A DNA stretch of 64,000 nucleotides from the NCBI RefSeq assembly GCF_006345805.1, contig NC_043000.1, forward strand, positions 81,096,001 to 81,160,000, given 5' to 3'. The DNA is from Octopus sinensis. Lineage: Eukaryota. The position numbers and the translations under genes were made by a program. This document shows, in pieces, positions 12,831 to 24,299 of the stretch. Position 1 is the first letter of the stretch, and each line of letters opens with the position of its first letter. The notes below the pieces were generated by a model, which was not told the origin of the DNA, did not search any database, and saw only the letters and a list, made by a program, of their open reading frames with translations.

Positions 12831-13859
12831 CTGAAGAACTAAGAAATGAATGTGTTTAGCAGTTGGAAAATATGAAATAATCATCTGTTTCATCTGAGAA
12901 GTATTGTGTATTTTGTATTGTTCTTACCTAAAAATAAATGTTCTATACCCACTTTGCAGTTAACTGTTCACCATTAAGAAAGACTTCCATCTGTAAAAAC
13001 AATTATTCCAGAAATAACTAAATTTTAAAATTTACATAAAGACAACATTATACAACTCAATATTTGTATAGGAAAACGATATGAAACAATATAAAATAGT
13101 AAAAGTGTTTTAATTGTATAAAATTTATAAAACGCTAAATCGCAAGTAAAATTTAATTTTACGAGAAGGTTGATAAATTGTTATTAAATAATTCTAAAAC
13201 ATGGCTATTTTGAATGTCATTGTAATCCAAAGTGTTTAAAAATTGCCAATAAATTTCCTTGGCTCTTGTCAATGTTCTTTAAAGACAACCTGAAGGAAGT
13301 CGGTACCTGATGGCCGAAAACTGGAATCTATTTTGGTTCTGTACATCGTCTTAGAGTCAGGAAAACAAAAACAAAATAACGAAAAATTCCATGAACAAAG
13401 GAAGCGGGGAAAAAAAGGAAAATAGCAAGCAGAAACTAACAGAAATTAGAAATTATCAGAATTGTGCCAACAAAAAGAAAAAAAAGGTGAAAAATAGCAA
13501 TTATGAAGAAAGCTGGTATTCTTTATAAAATGTAGTAATTTTAGAATAAAACAAACATGTTATAATACATGTAAACACATAAACAGCAATGTATTGTTAG
13601 AAAATAATTACATCCTACATTAAAAACAATGAGTCAATGAGTTGGCCTCAGAGAGATCTTTCAGCATGAAAGAAATAGTAATCAAATCTTCCTCATATCC
13701 ATACTGTTTGTTTAAGATATGTCTATGTAGTTTAGAATATTGCATCATAGCTATGCGATTTAGTTCAATTGCACTACATGTCATCTTGACCAAGTGTCAT
13801 CTAACTAGTCACAAGTTGACCAAAGCTCATTGTGAGTAGAATTTGACTCATGAAAACTT

Positions 13860-14215
13860 TGTGGAAGTAGCTTGCTTCCCAACCACATAGTTCTGAATTC
13901 AGTTCCATTGCTTGGCATCTTGAGCAAGTGTCTTCTATTCTAGCCTCAGGCTGATCAAAGCCTCGTGAGTAGATTTGGTAGACAGAAGCTGAAAGAAGCT
14001 TGTTGTATGTGTGTGTGTGTTTGTCCCCTACCAGCACTTGGTAATTGGTGTTGGTGTGTTTATGTCCCCATAACTTAGCAGTTCAGCAAAAGACATTAAT
14101 AGAATATGTACCAAGTTTAAAAAAGAAAAGTAATGGAGGTGATTCATTTGACTAAAAGTTTTTCAAGATGGTGCTCCCGCATGGCAACAGTCTAATGACT
14201 GAAACAAATAAAAGA
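13860..14215 (+). mobile_element. CORE-type SINE
   Basis: GCTTGCTTCCCAACCACAT...CTTGAGCAAGTGTCTTCTA...AGTCTAATGACTGAAACAA. Confidence 0.8.
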
Positions 14216-14443
14216 TAACAGTTAAACTTGTTTGAGTTGTTGGGTGGTTGTTTAAATCCATTAGCTATTTCAACACCACCACTAGATTCTTGGATATCTT
14301 TAATGGAGTCCTCTTTGATCCTGGCATTCAGACTAGGTCTCCTGCCTGAGAATAGTTTCTTCACATCAGTTACGGAGGTGCTGAAATGGGCCATGGCAGT
14401 TGCCTCCTCCTCCTTTGAGACAATACAGAAAGCAAGAACCTTC

Positions 14444-14661
14444 TTTGACTCTTCAGCATTTAAACTGGTCATATCCAACCAAAGTATTCTGCCACTTTTA
14501 TGTTTAAACTGGCCATGTCCAACCTATTCTATAATGTAGTAAAACTAAACAATTGCATCACTGAAATCTGAAGCCACCACAAGATATACAGGATTAATTC
14601 AAAACAATATTAATAAATAAGCATTACATTTGACAGAGTCATCTGAATGCTGAAAGGTTAG
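14444..14661. mobile_element. ~220-bp MITE-like element
   Basis: Terminal inverted repeats TTGACTCTTCAGCATT / AATGCTGAAAGGTTAG resembling degenerate TTAA-CCC ends; no coding capacity. Confidence 0.6.
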
Positions 14662-15576
14662 AAGAGAGAAGTTTATATATTTCGCTGGTCAAAAAGTTGT
14701 TGTAACTCATGATGTGAAAACAAAAATGGACAGATATTTGTGGCAAGTCAAGAATTGCTTGCATGTGTAAATGGCATTTAATATACATGTGTGATGTTGA
14801 GAGTACATTATATGAGAAGAAAGGGGCTGTGAAGAAGTTCTTGATTGAACCAAATGAGAAGCAAGGCTGTTATATGTAAACTGAAATGTAATGAAAATGT
14901 AACGAAGGTATAATTATCTTTATATTAAGATCTTCATAAGTCTGTCATGTATACAATCGAATGACAATATGAAATTGAGAATTGTTAGTAATGGATTAAG
15001 TTAATAGAAACTGAAAGGAGCTCAATGTATATGTATGAATGTATGTATGTGTGTGTGTGTGTGTGTGGTGTGTACATTTGTATCTCCTTGTCTTGATATT
15101 GTTTAGGACCAACAAATACACATGAAGACGAAAAGAATATAAACTTGCCACAGACATAGGTATATATGTGCATACGCAAACACATACAAGTGCATGAACA
15201 AAGAAGCATTTCAACAGTGATCTTTCGCTTTAAGAATATATAACTGTGGGATTGAAAAATAAGCAAAATGAAGCTACAAAGGTACAAAAATACACTTTAT
15301 CTACTGCAAAAGGGAAACAAAGAAGTAATTGCTTAATTGTTGGTCATTAAACATCATTATTTCAGATTTCTATTTTCATTTATCAACAGCATGTTATAGA
15401 TAGTTTATGAAAGTAGCATCATTGAAATAAAACATTTGTTATGGAAAAAAAGATACATGTAAAAATATTTGCAAATTGGCAATTCATTCCAAATTTCTCC
15501 TTTATAAATTTTAAAATGATATATTTATTTACTTTTCAAAATAGGTGATCGATTTGTAAATGACTGTTCCATGGCA

Positions 15577-15651
<75 letters not shown>

Positions 15652-15674
15652 TATATACATATATATATATAAAG

Positions 15675-15707
<33 letters not shown>

Positions 15708-15756
15708 TACATGTGTGTGTATACATGTATGTGTCTATATGTATATGCATATATAT

Positions 15757-15801
<45 letters not shown>

Positions 15802-15829
15802 TACATACATACATACATACATGTGTGTC

Positions 15830-15870
<41 letters not shown>

Positions 15871-15874
<4 letters not shown>

Positions 15875-16320
15875 TCATCATCATTGTTTAACGTCTGCTT
15901 TCCATGTTGGCATGAGTTGGACGGTTTGACTGAGGACTGGTGAGCCAGAAGGCTACACCAAGCTCTAATCTGATCTGGCAAAGTTTCTACAGCTGGATGC
16001 CCTTCCTAATGCCAACAACTCCAAGAGTGTAGTGGCTGCTTTTATGTGCTACCAGCACGAGGGCCAGTCAGGTGGTTCTGGCAACGACCATGCTCAAAAG
16101 GTGTATTTTACGTGCTACCTGCACAGGAGCCAGTCTGATGGCACTGACAATGACCACGCTCGAATGTTGTCTTTCACGTGCCACCAGCACATGTGCGAGT
16201 AAGGTGATGTTGGCAACGATCATGCTCGTATGGTGCTTTTTACGTGTCACTGGCACAGGAGCCAGTCTGTGGCCCTGGCAACGATCATGCTTGGATGTGC
16301 TTTTAACGAGTGCCAATCAG
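15871..16320 (-). mobile_element. RTE LINE 3'UTR fragment with ~60-bp repeats
   Basis: Same tail as 17243, abutting (TA)n. Confidence 0.85.
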
Positions 16321-16492
16321 GCGGTACTATCAATTGGCAATTTAAATAAGAGTTTTGACTGTTATTTCCAGCAGGCAGACATACTTAGTATGTCCTTTGA
16401 TTAATTTTATTTATATATATACCGGAGTAAACACAATATATAGATAGATAGATATATATATATATATAAAACATAAATATATATAAACACAT

Positions 16493-16531
<39 letters not shown>

Positions 16532-16554
16532 ATACATACATATATATATATACA

Positions 16555-16900
16555 GTTTTGTCAAAGAGATATGTGGGTCTCACAGAGGGAAATTTCAAAG
16601 CAAAGGTTCAGCAATCACACCTTAAGTTTCAGACACTGGGATAATAGAAAACTACCAAATTATCCAGTTAAATATAGTTCTTAAAAGAACAAAGTGTCAG
16701 CTATAGTATTTACTGGAAGATCTTGGCCAAGTGTAGACCTTATATTAACGGTAGTGGCAAGTGCAATCTTTATAATATGGAAAGATGGCTCCTCTGGAAA
16801 AGTTCCTTGGACTCTACTACTTATCTAAATTCAAGAACTGAACTTTTTTGTTCATGTCCATTTGTCACAAAATACCTATTATGGTTTTGGGCCCCTCAAG
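16555..16900 (+). mobile_element. Penelope-like element GIY-YIG endonuclease relic
   Basis: YVGLTEGNFK...YWKILAKCRPYINGSGKCNLYNMERWLL...LNSRTELFCSCP matches the PLE endonuclease C-terminal pattern. Confidence 0.75.
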
Positions 16901-17203
16901 ATCAAAGATAGAATCCGCATTTTTACTATGATCCTGCACAAGCTTCCCATATGTCTTAACATATTTTATTTTTATATATATTTTTCAGTTTTTTGTTTTT
17001 TCTTTTTAATTGTGTGAATATGTATATGTATATATATATTTTATATGTATTTGTGTGCGTGTGTATGTATGTGTATGTGTATGCATATGAGTGTAAGACT
17101 GTGTCTGGTGCATAAGTGTGACTTTTAGGCATACGTCCTCTTTCTTTATGCAGATATGCATGTGTTTGTATATGTGCAAGTGTAAGTGTGTGATAGGAGG
17201 ATG

Positions 17204-17242
<39 letters not shown>

Positions 17243-17246
<4 letters not shown>

Positions 17247-19596
17247 TCATCATCATCATAGTTTAATGTCCGTTTTCCGCGCTAGCATGGGTTGGACGGT
17301 TCAACCGGGGTCTGGGAAGCCAGGGGATGCCCCAGGCTCCAGTCTGATCTGGCAGAGCTTCTACGGCTGGATGCCCTTCCTAACGCCAACCACTCCACGA
17401 GTGTAGTGGGTGCTTTTTACGTGCCACCTGCACAGGTGCCCGGGGGCGTCCGGCATTAGTCACGATCGGTTGGAGCTTTTAATGTGCCAGTGGCACGGAA
17501 GCCAGCCAAGGCGGCGCTGGCAACGTTCAGATGGTCTTTTTATGTGCCACTGGCACAGGAGCAAGTCGGGGCGGCGCTGGCATCGGCCACGTTCAGATGG
17601 TGCTTTTTATGTGCCACCGGCACAGAAGCCAGTTGGGGCGGCGCTGGCATCGGCCATGTTCGGATAGTGCTTTTTATGTGCCACCGGCACAGGCATCACA
17701 ACTACTATTTCCATTGATATTTATTTCAACGTTCATGTTCATGTACTTGACTCAACAGATCTCCTCAAGCACAGCGGGACGTTCTGGGCTCCGGGGTACT
17801 TTGAATGGGCAGGGGCTATACGGAACTGATGCAGGAAGCAGCCCGGGTCTTTGCAGTCACAGCATATCTCCAGAGATCTTGGTCCTTCGCCATTGCCTCA
17901 GTGAGGCCCAACGCTCTGAGGTCATGCTTGACTACCTCATCCCATGTCTTCCTGGGTCTACCTCTCCCCCTGATACCTCCAACTGTTTGGGAGTGGCACT
18001 TCTTCACACATCTCTCCTCATCCATCCGCAGCACATGACCATACCATCGCAAGCGTCGCTCTTGCACACCACATCTGATGCTTCTTATATCCAGCATTTC
18101 TCTCAGGGTGCTTACACTCTGTCGTGCGTGCACACTGACATTACACATCCAGCGGATCATGCTAGCTTCATTTCTTTCAAGTCTACGCATGTCCTCTGCA
18201 ATCACAGCCCATGTTTCACTACCGTGAAGCATGACAGTTCGTACACATGCATCATACAATCTACCTTTCGCTCTGAGGGAGAGACCCTTTGTCGCCAGTA
18301 GGGGTAGGAGCTTTCTGAACTTTGCCCAGGCTATTCGTATTCTAGTGGTGATACTCTCTGTGCATCCACCTCCACTACTAACTTGGTCACCCAGGTAGCG
18401 GAATCTATCAACTACTTCTAGTTTCTCTCCCTGGAGTGTGATGGAATCTGTTTTCTGAGTGTCTGTGGTGTCTATTGTCCCTGTGCATCTGCGACACATG
18501 AAAGCTATCTTATCTGTTAATTTCCCTTTAATGTTGCTGCACCTCTTGTGCGTCCATAGCTTACATTGGGTGCATCTTATGGAGTTTCTACCTACACCTT
18601 TCCTACAGATCGAGCAGGGCCACCTGCCTGAGGGTGTGTGTGCTGAGTTCGCCTTTCTGCTTACTATAACTTTGGTCTTTGCTACATTTACTCTAAGGCC
18701 CTTTGATTCTAACCCTTGCTTCCACACCCGAAATTTCTTTTCTAGTTCCGGTAGTGATTCTGCTATGAGAGCCAGGTCATCAGCATAGAGGAGCTCCCAG
18801 GGGCATCCTGTTTTCAATTCCTCTGTTATTGCCTGGAGGACTATGATGAATAAAAGGTGACTGAGGGCTGAGCCTTGGTGCACACCTACTTCTACCCGGA
18901 ATTCTTCACTATATTCGTTGCCAATCCTAACCTTGCTGACAGCCTCTCTGTATAGAGCCTGTACAGCCCTTATTAGCCATTCGTCAATCTCCAGTTTCCG
19001 CATCGACCACCAGATAAGGGAACGGGGAACCCTGTCAAAGGCTTTCTCCAAGTCCACAAAAGCTATGTAGAGGGGTTTATCTTTAGCTAGGTACTTCTCC
19101 TGCAGTTGTCGGACCAGGAATATAGCATCAGTGGTGCTTTTACCCAGCACAAAACCGAACTGCATTTCATCTAAGCAAATTCTCTCCCTAATGAGATGGG
19201 TTATGACCCTCTTCATTACCTTCATCACCTGATCCAACAGTGTGATACCCCTGTAGTTATTTCTATCTAGAGCATCACCCTTACCCTTGTAGCAGTTGAC
19301 TATGGTGCTGCTACGCCAGTCATTGGGTATGACTCCATTATGAACTACCTGGTTTACAATGCGGGTGACTAGGCCATAGCCCACATAGCCAGCTGTTTTA
19401 AGCATCTCAGCAGTGATTCCTGATGGGCCGGGGGCTTTACCTGGTTTCATATCCTTAATTGCCTTAACTACAAGGGAGCTGTCTATTCGGGTAGCTGGTC
19501 CCTCTACTGGGTCAACATTTGGCAGGCTCTCCTCCTCCCATTCATTCTCCTCATTCAGCAGTCTTTCATAATGGCTTCTCCAAGCCTCTTTCTTTT
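17243..19596 (-). mobile_element. Young, 5'-truncated RTE-clade LINE
   Basis: Intact RT ORF, 3'UTR with tandem repeats, (TGA)n tail, and (TA)n on both flanks. Confidence 0.95.
17816..19450 (-). CDS. RTE ORF2 reverse transcriptase, 544 aa from the first Met (frame open to ~19596), with an internal PHD-like finger
   Basis: KAPGPSG, NYRGITLL, QFGF, DLEKAFDRV, GVHQGS, LLYADD, FRYLG and RLRWYGHVLRM motifs, with no stops. Confidence 0.95.
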   Translation of the reverse strand: MKPGKAPGPSGITAEMLKTAGYVGYGLVTRIVNQVVHNGVIPNDWRSSTIVNCYKGKGDALDRNNYRGITLLDQVMKVMKRVITHLIRERICLDEMQFGFVLGKSTTDAIFLVRQLQEKYLAKDKPLYIAFVDLEKAFDRVPRSLIWWSMRKLEIDEWLIRAVQALYREAVSKVRIGNEYSEEFRVEVGVHQGSALSHLLFIIVLQAITEELKTGCPWELLYADDLALIAESLPELEKKFRVWKQGLESKGLRVNVAKTKVIVSRKANSAHTPSGRWPCSICRKGVGRNSIRCTQCKLWTHKRCSNIKGKLTDKIAFMCRRCTGTIDTTDTQKTDSITLQGEKLEVVDRFRYLGDQVSSGGGCTESITTRIRIAWAKFRKLLPLLATKGLSLRAKGRLYDACVRTVMLHGSETWAVIAEDMRRLERNEASMIRWMCNVSVHARQSVSTLREMLDIRSIRCGVQERRLRWYGHVLRMDEERCVKKCHSQTVGGIRGRGRPRKTWDEVVKHDLRALGLTEAMAKDQDLWRYAVTAKTRAASCISSV

Positions 19597-20083
19597 ACAT
19601 ATATATATATATATATATATATATTACAGGAGTGTGAATGTATGCCTATATATATAAATGTCTAAATATATATGTATGCATGCAGATACCTATGTCAATA
19701 TGAAGATGAAGTTGCATATATATATATATAGATATGTACATGTCTGCATGTGTGTGTGGCTATGTGTGTATGTATGTATGCGTACATGCACATATATTTT
19801 TGTGTGTGCATGTGCATGTACATATACATGTTTGTGTGAGTGTGTATGTATATAGACGTTATGAACACGGGAGGTTTTATGTCTATGTATTGTGAGAATA
19901 TGGTTGCATGTATCTTTTATCTATTTTCTTTTTTTCTACCTATTAAATTATTGAATGGCTTTTTGTAGTGTCTATTGCCATTAATAGCCGACAAGAAGGC
20001 ATCATGGCTCTTCACTCCGACATTCGTAACTCTGAATACTCTAATGACAACTTACTGTTTGTCCCTATAAGTTTTATATATAT

Positions 20084-20120
<37 letters not shown>

Positions 20121-20193
20121 TATGTATGTATGTATATATGTATGTATATATGTATGTATATATGTATGTATATATGCATGCTTAAAATACATA

Positions 20194-20240
<47 letters not shown>

Positions 20241-20399
20241 TGACTTAAAAGCCACACTCTGTGTGGATTTTTCTGCTAGCTCCTGTGGATGGCTAATTTG
20301 GTCTGTGGCCCAAAAGTAAAGGGAGCTAAATAATACGACTATAATACTTCCATAATGACTGTATAACCCAATGGTGTTTGATCAGAGATTAAGGACAGA

Positions 20400-21067
20400 T
20401 TAGAATTAATTCTGTAATGCAACCATTCTATTGTTCCAGTTCCAAGTTGAATTCCAACTGTTGGCCAGTTTGTCCCAAAGTTCTTATTTTGATGTAAAAT
20501 TAGTGAAGCAAATGTCATTTATCTCTTCCTTGGTGATCCAGATGAACTAAGGTGCACAAGCGTGTATGCGTATGTGAGAATGGTTTGTGTGAGCATGTAT
20601 GTGTGAATGGGGGCCATTGTGTGAGTATGTATGTATGGGTGAGCTGAAAATTATGTGGGTTTGTGTATGTTTTATAACGTGATTACTGTATGTCACTTTT
20701 GTATCCTAGACTATAACAGTTGGATATACAATACCACAAAATGGGAAGACAAACTGTCTCCACTTAATGGTCTTCCCTAAGTTCTCTGCCAATTAAATAT
20801 AACAACTCCCAAACAACCTCTCAATGAGCTATAACAACTACTCAACAGTTTCCTGTGACTCCACAAACTCTCAAACGATACCTTTCAACTTCCTGCAATT
20901 TTCTCATTCTCTCATTCAGTGAAGCATGTTGCTACTTATATGAATTTGGCTAATCCATTCTCACAGTGGGTGTCAATGACTTTCACTATATCATCTCCCT
21001 TTTGAAATTTTACTTCTGTTGAAAGTGCAATTTATTTATTTATTCCATTTAATATTTTTTCCCATCA
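20400..21067 (-). mobile_element. Probable 3' LTR of the Gypsy relic (far boundary uncertain)
   Basis: Minus-strand polypurine tract AAAAAGGGAGAG (21069-21080) followed by T-TG at 21067, directly after the end of pol. Confidence 0.5.
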
Positions 21068-24000
21068 ACTCTCCCTTTTTGAGATTTTAATTTTCTAAGA
21101 AGTTGTAATGCTTCTTTCGCTTAGGGTCTACTTCCTATAATTCAGTTTGTTTACGTTTTCTATTGCTGATCCACCTAGGTTCAACCTCTTTTGGCATTGG
21201 CACATTGACTGTGTTATAAAAAACTTCCATCTGTATTCTCTTTCTTCCATATGTCTAGTTTTCTACTGTTTCAAATGTCGTTTGTTCTCCTCTATTTGGC
21301 CTTTTATCATGTACATCATACTGCCTATTCTTTTTGTCACTATACCATCCTCCCAACCTTCTCTCCCATTCTTATATATTTTGAAATGAACTTTGTCTCC
21401 TATATTAAAATACTTTGTTGTGTTTCTTGTGTTTTCCGTATAAGTGTTGCAAGCCAGTGTAGGAAATACGACCGTATGTGGAGGTTGGCGATGTAGGTAA
21501 GTCACATGGTCGCATCCCTAACGAAATAAGATAAGCCATAAATACAATTTATACAATTCAGTGCCAACAGAATATAGATGAAAGATGACAAGCCGTTCCA
21601 CTGTTTTGAGAGATAGATAAGATTTTATTTACAATGGTGTTAAGGTTAGAAGGTTGTGAGCGCTAGCAAGTGTTGTGTATGTGTCCATGCAACACGTGTT
21701 TGTGTCTGTGTGTTCGTGTGGGAGACAGATACAATAAGGGTGAATGCGCGACACAGAAAGTACAGAGTATAGAGTTAATGATGAAAATTGATTTACAGTT
21801 CATAAGGTACACGGTATGTAAGAGTTCAATATCAAGATGTGTCTCAGGGGGGAGACCGGTTGGGCAAATATGTCGAGCCGCGGTCGTGGTCTCAATCGCC
21901 GAGCTGGTTCTCTTAATATAGAATTCTTCAGATGGACTGTTTCTACTTGGTGAAGGGATTCACTCTAACAGCGTGGATCTGTGAAGTTGGTGTGTACATG
22001 TCTGAAGTGGACGATGGTGATGGCGACAATGGTAGAAACGACTTGAAGTTGGTACAATGATGGTGATGATGGCGGCGGAGATAGAAGGCGTTCTGTTGCG
22101 AGTGTACATTAGCATCATCATGGCTGATCGTCTGTCGCTGTGACTGGAACATGTTGAGTAGCTCTGTGGTCAGAGGTTAGTCCTTAGAAGGACTAGAACC
22201 AAAGACCCAAGTATACTGAGAACACTCCTTTATATACAAGTAAGGTGGCTCAACAGAGCCTAGGAAAAAAGGACCTTAACCAAAGGCCGTGATTGGTTGG
22301 CTTTGGCCAGTGGCGCGAAATAAGTAGAGACAAATCACGCCACATGTCAACCAATCAAGTCAGTGGTCACAACAGGAACAACTCAGCCAAAGATGGCTGT
22401 AATCTCAAACGAGATCATTCCTGCCGTGTCTCTCAAATAGTGAGGATATCAGACCCAGAGACCGCTACATAGGTAACATTTTGTCAGAAATTGACTTTAC
22501 CTTCCAAGCAAACATTACCTCTGCAGACGACTTGCCTGAACAGGTGTTTGAGTTAGGTGTTATCCTGTAAACCCTTAAGAATTAAGTTAGTGCTGCATCA
22601 TTGCCTAACTCGTATTCTGATTTTTTTAGTGCTCACTTAAATGTGTCTATGAACCGTTCTGCTTGACCATTTGATCTCAGGTGGTATGACAGAGTAGAGA
22701 TGTGATTGACTGCATACATTTTAAAGGAATTTTAAAACTTGGACCCCATAAACTGTGTTCTGTTATCTGATACTATGGTGTCCAGGACACTGTATCGTAC
22801 AAAGAGATCATGACGGAATCTTATAGTTACCTTCAAGGTTGGTTGACTACATCTACATATCTCCTGCCACTTGGGATAGCTATCTACTATAATCAGAAAA
22901 TATGCACCATTTACCAGTCCAGCAAAATCTATATGTCGCTTGGACCACAGACTGTCTGTTTTAGATCATGATTGGAATTTCACTAGTGTGAGAGCACACG
23001 CTCTCCAGGATTTCCCCGATTTTTCAATATTATGGTCCATAGTAGGCCAATATTACCGATTTCATTCTTGAAATCCCTGGGTGACCAATATGAAATTCAT
23101 TTAATACACGCTTTTGTAATGCAGCTGGCACTATAACTCTTTGTGTATACATCAACACATTGTCACACAGAGAACAATGGTTTGTATTTGTGTTGCATAT
23201 ATTTTTTATTTTCTTTTACTTTCACTGTTTCTTTCATCTTTTTAATGAATCTGTCATTCTCCAGTTTTAATTTTATATCTTGATAGTTACTGGCAGCCCC
23301 CAAATGACATTACACAAAATGCTTTTTATTTCATTTTCTGCTTATACTGAGACTATCATCATATCTTCCAATGATTTTTGGATGGTATATTTTTTTATCT
23401 TAAAGTCATAGTTCAACAATATTGTACCCCAGCATTGTAACGTATTCGCTGTGTGGGTAGGAATTTTTTTTTTTCAAGCCAAAAATTGATAATAATGGTC
23501 GGTGATCAGTTTGTAGGTGAAATTATTACTGTGCAAAGATCTATGAAATTTCTTCATGGCAAATATGATCGCTATAGCTTCTTTCTTTGTTTCACTATAA
23601 TTTTCCTCTGTTGCTATCAGAGAACGTGCAGCATGAACCACCACCTTCATATTACCATCTTTATATTTGTATAGCATTACTGTTCTTATGCTGTACTCAG
23701 AAGCGTCAGAAGCTACAACAATCTTCACTACAGGATCGAATGAGCTAGAGATAAATCCAAAATTAATATCTTTTAATTTTGTCAAATGCCTTTTGACAAT
23801 TCTTTGACCAATTCCATTTCACATCCTTTTTCAGCACATTATGTAGTGAAGCTCTCAATTCTTGCATATTTGGTATATAATTTTGGTAATAATTTGCCAA
23901 ACCTTAGAAAAGCTTGTAAGGTCACTGATTTAGTTGTAGGAGGCATATTTTTAATTGCGTCTGCCCTCGATGTGTCAGGTCATCATCTATTTCTGTCAAT

Positions 24001-24270
24001 AATACTGCATAACAACGAAAAGAAAAACAGAAATGAGAATAACCTTTTCTATAGGTATTTTGTGTGTAGATTACGAATATCACATCTGTTTTTTTTTTCT
24101 GCGACCCTCCAGTTTATCGTAAATTACCATCTTACTTACGTTAAATACACTGATGGTTCCATAGGAATTAAGTGCAAACAGGATTGGGCAAAAACTGACA
24201 ACTCCAAAAGTTATGAACGGATTTTGATATAAGTTTAATGGGGATGTTCCTAAGGTATTTGTCAACCTAA
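21068..24270 (-). mobile_element. Degenerate Ty3/Gypsy pol (RT, RNase H, integrase)
   Basis: RNase H VASDASEY...ENYSETKKEAIAIIFAMKKFH...TDH (23474-23785); integrase HIDFAG...IVDSYPKW...VSDNRTQF...RSNGQAERF; C-terminal FNIGDKV...WEDGIV...KRHLKQ (21263-21440). Confidence 0.9.
21458..22469 (-). mobile_element. ~1-kb solo-LTR-like insertion interrupting the Gypsy integrase
   Basis: TGTAG...CTACA termini; minus-strand CCAAT boxes, TATATAA (~22232) and AATAAA (~21626); integrase sequence resumes on both sides. No target-site duplication found. Confidence 0.55.
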
Positions 24271-24299
24271 CCTAGAAAAATTATTAAAGTACATTCAAC

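Noticed and set aside
15107-15159. Plus-strand exon-like segment (TTTAG|GACC...ATAG|GTATAT)
   Set aside because: Stop codons in all three frames and no similarity to Epac.
17531-18301. 256-aa plus-strand ORF
   Set aside because: Antisense shadow of the RTE ORF2 and 3'UTR; no independent motifs.
19969-20060. Exon-like segment after a pyrimidine tract (SIAINSRQEGIMALHSDI)
   Set aside because: No convincing donor on the plus strand, weak acceptor on the minus strand, no recognisable protein.
21445-22478. Alternative solo-LTR boundaries (TGTT...AACA)
   Set aside because: Shorter terminal repeat than TGTAG/CTACA, and likewise no target-site duplication.
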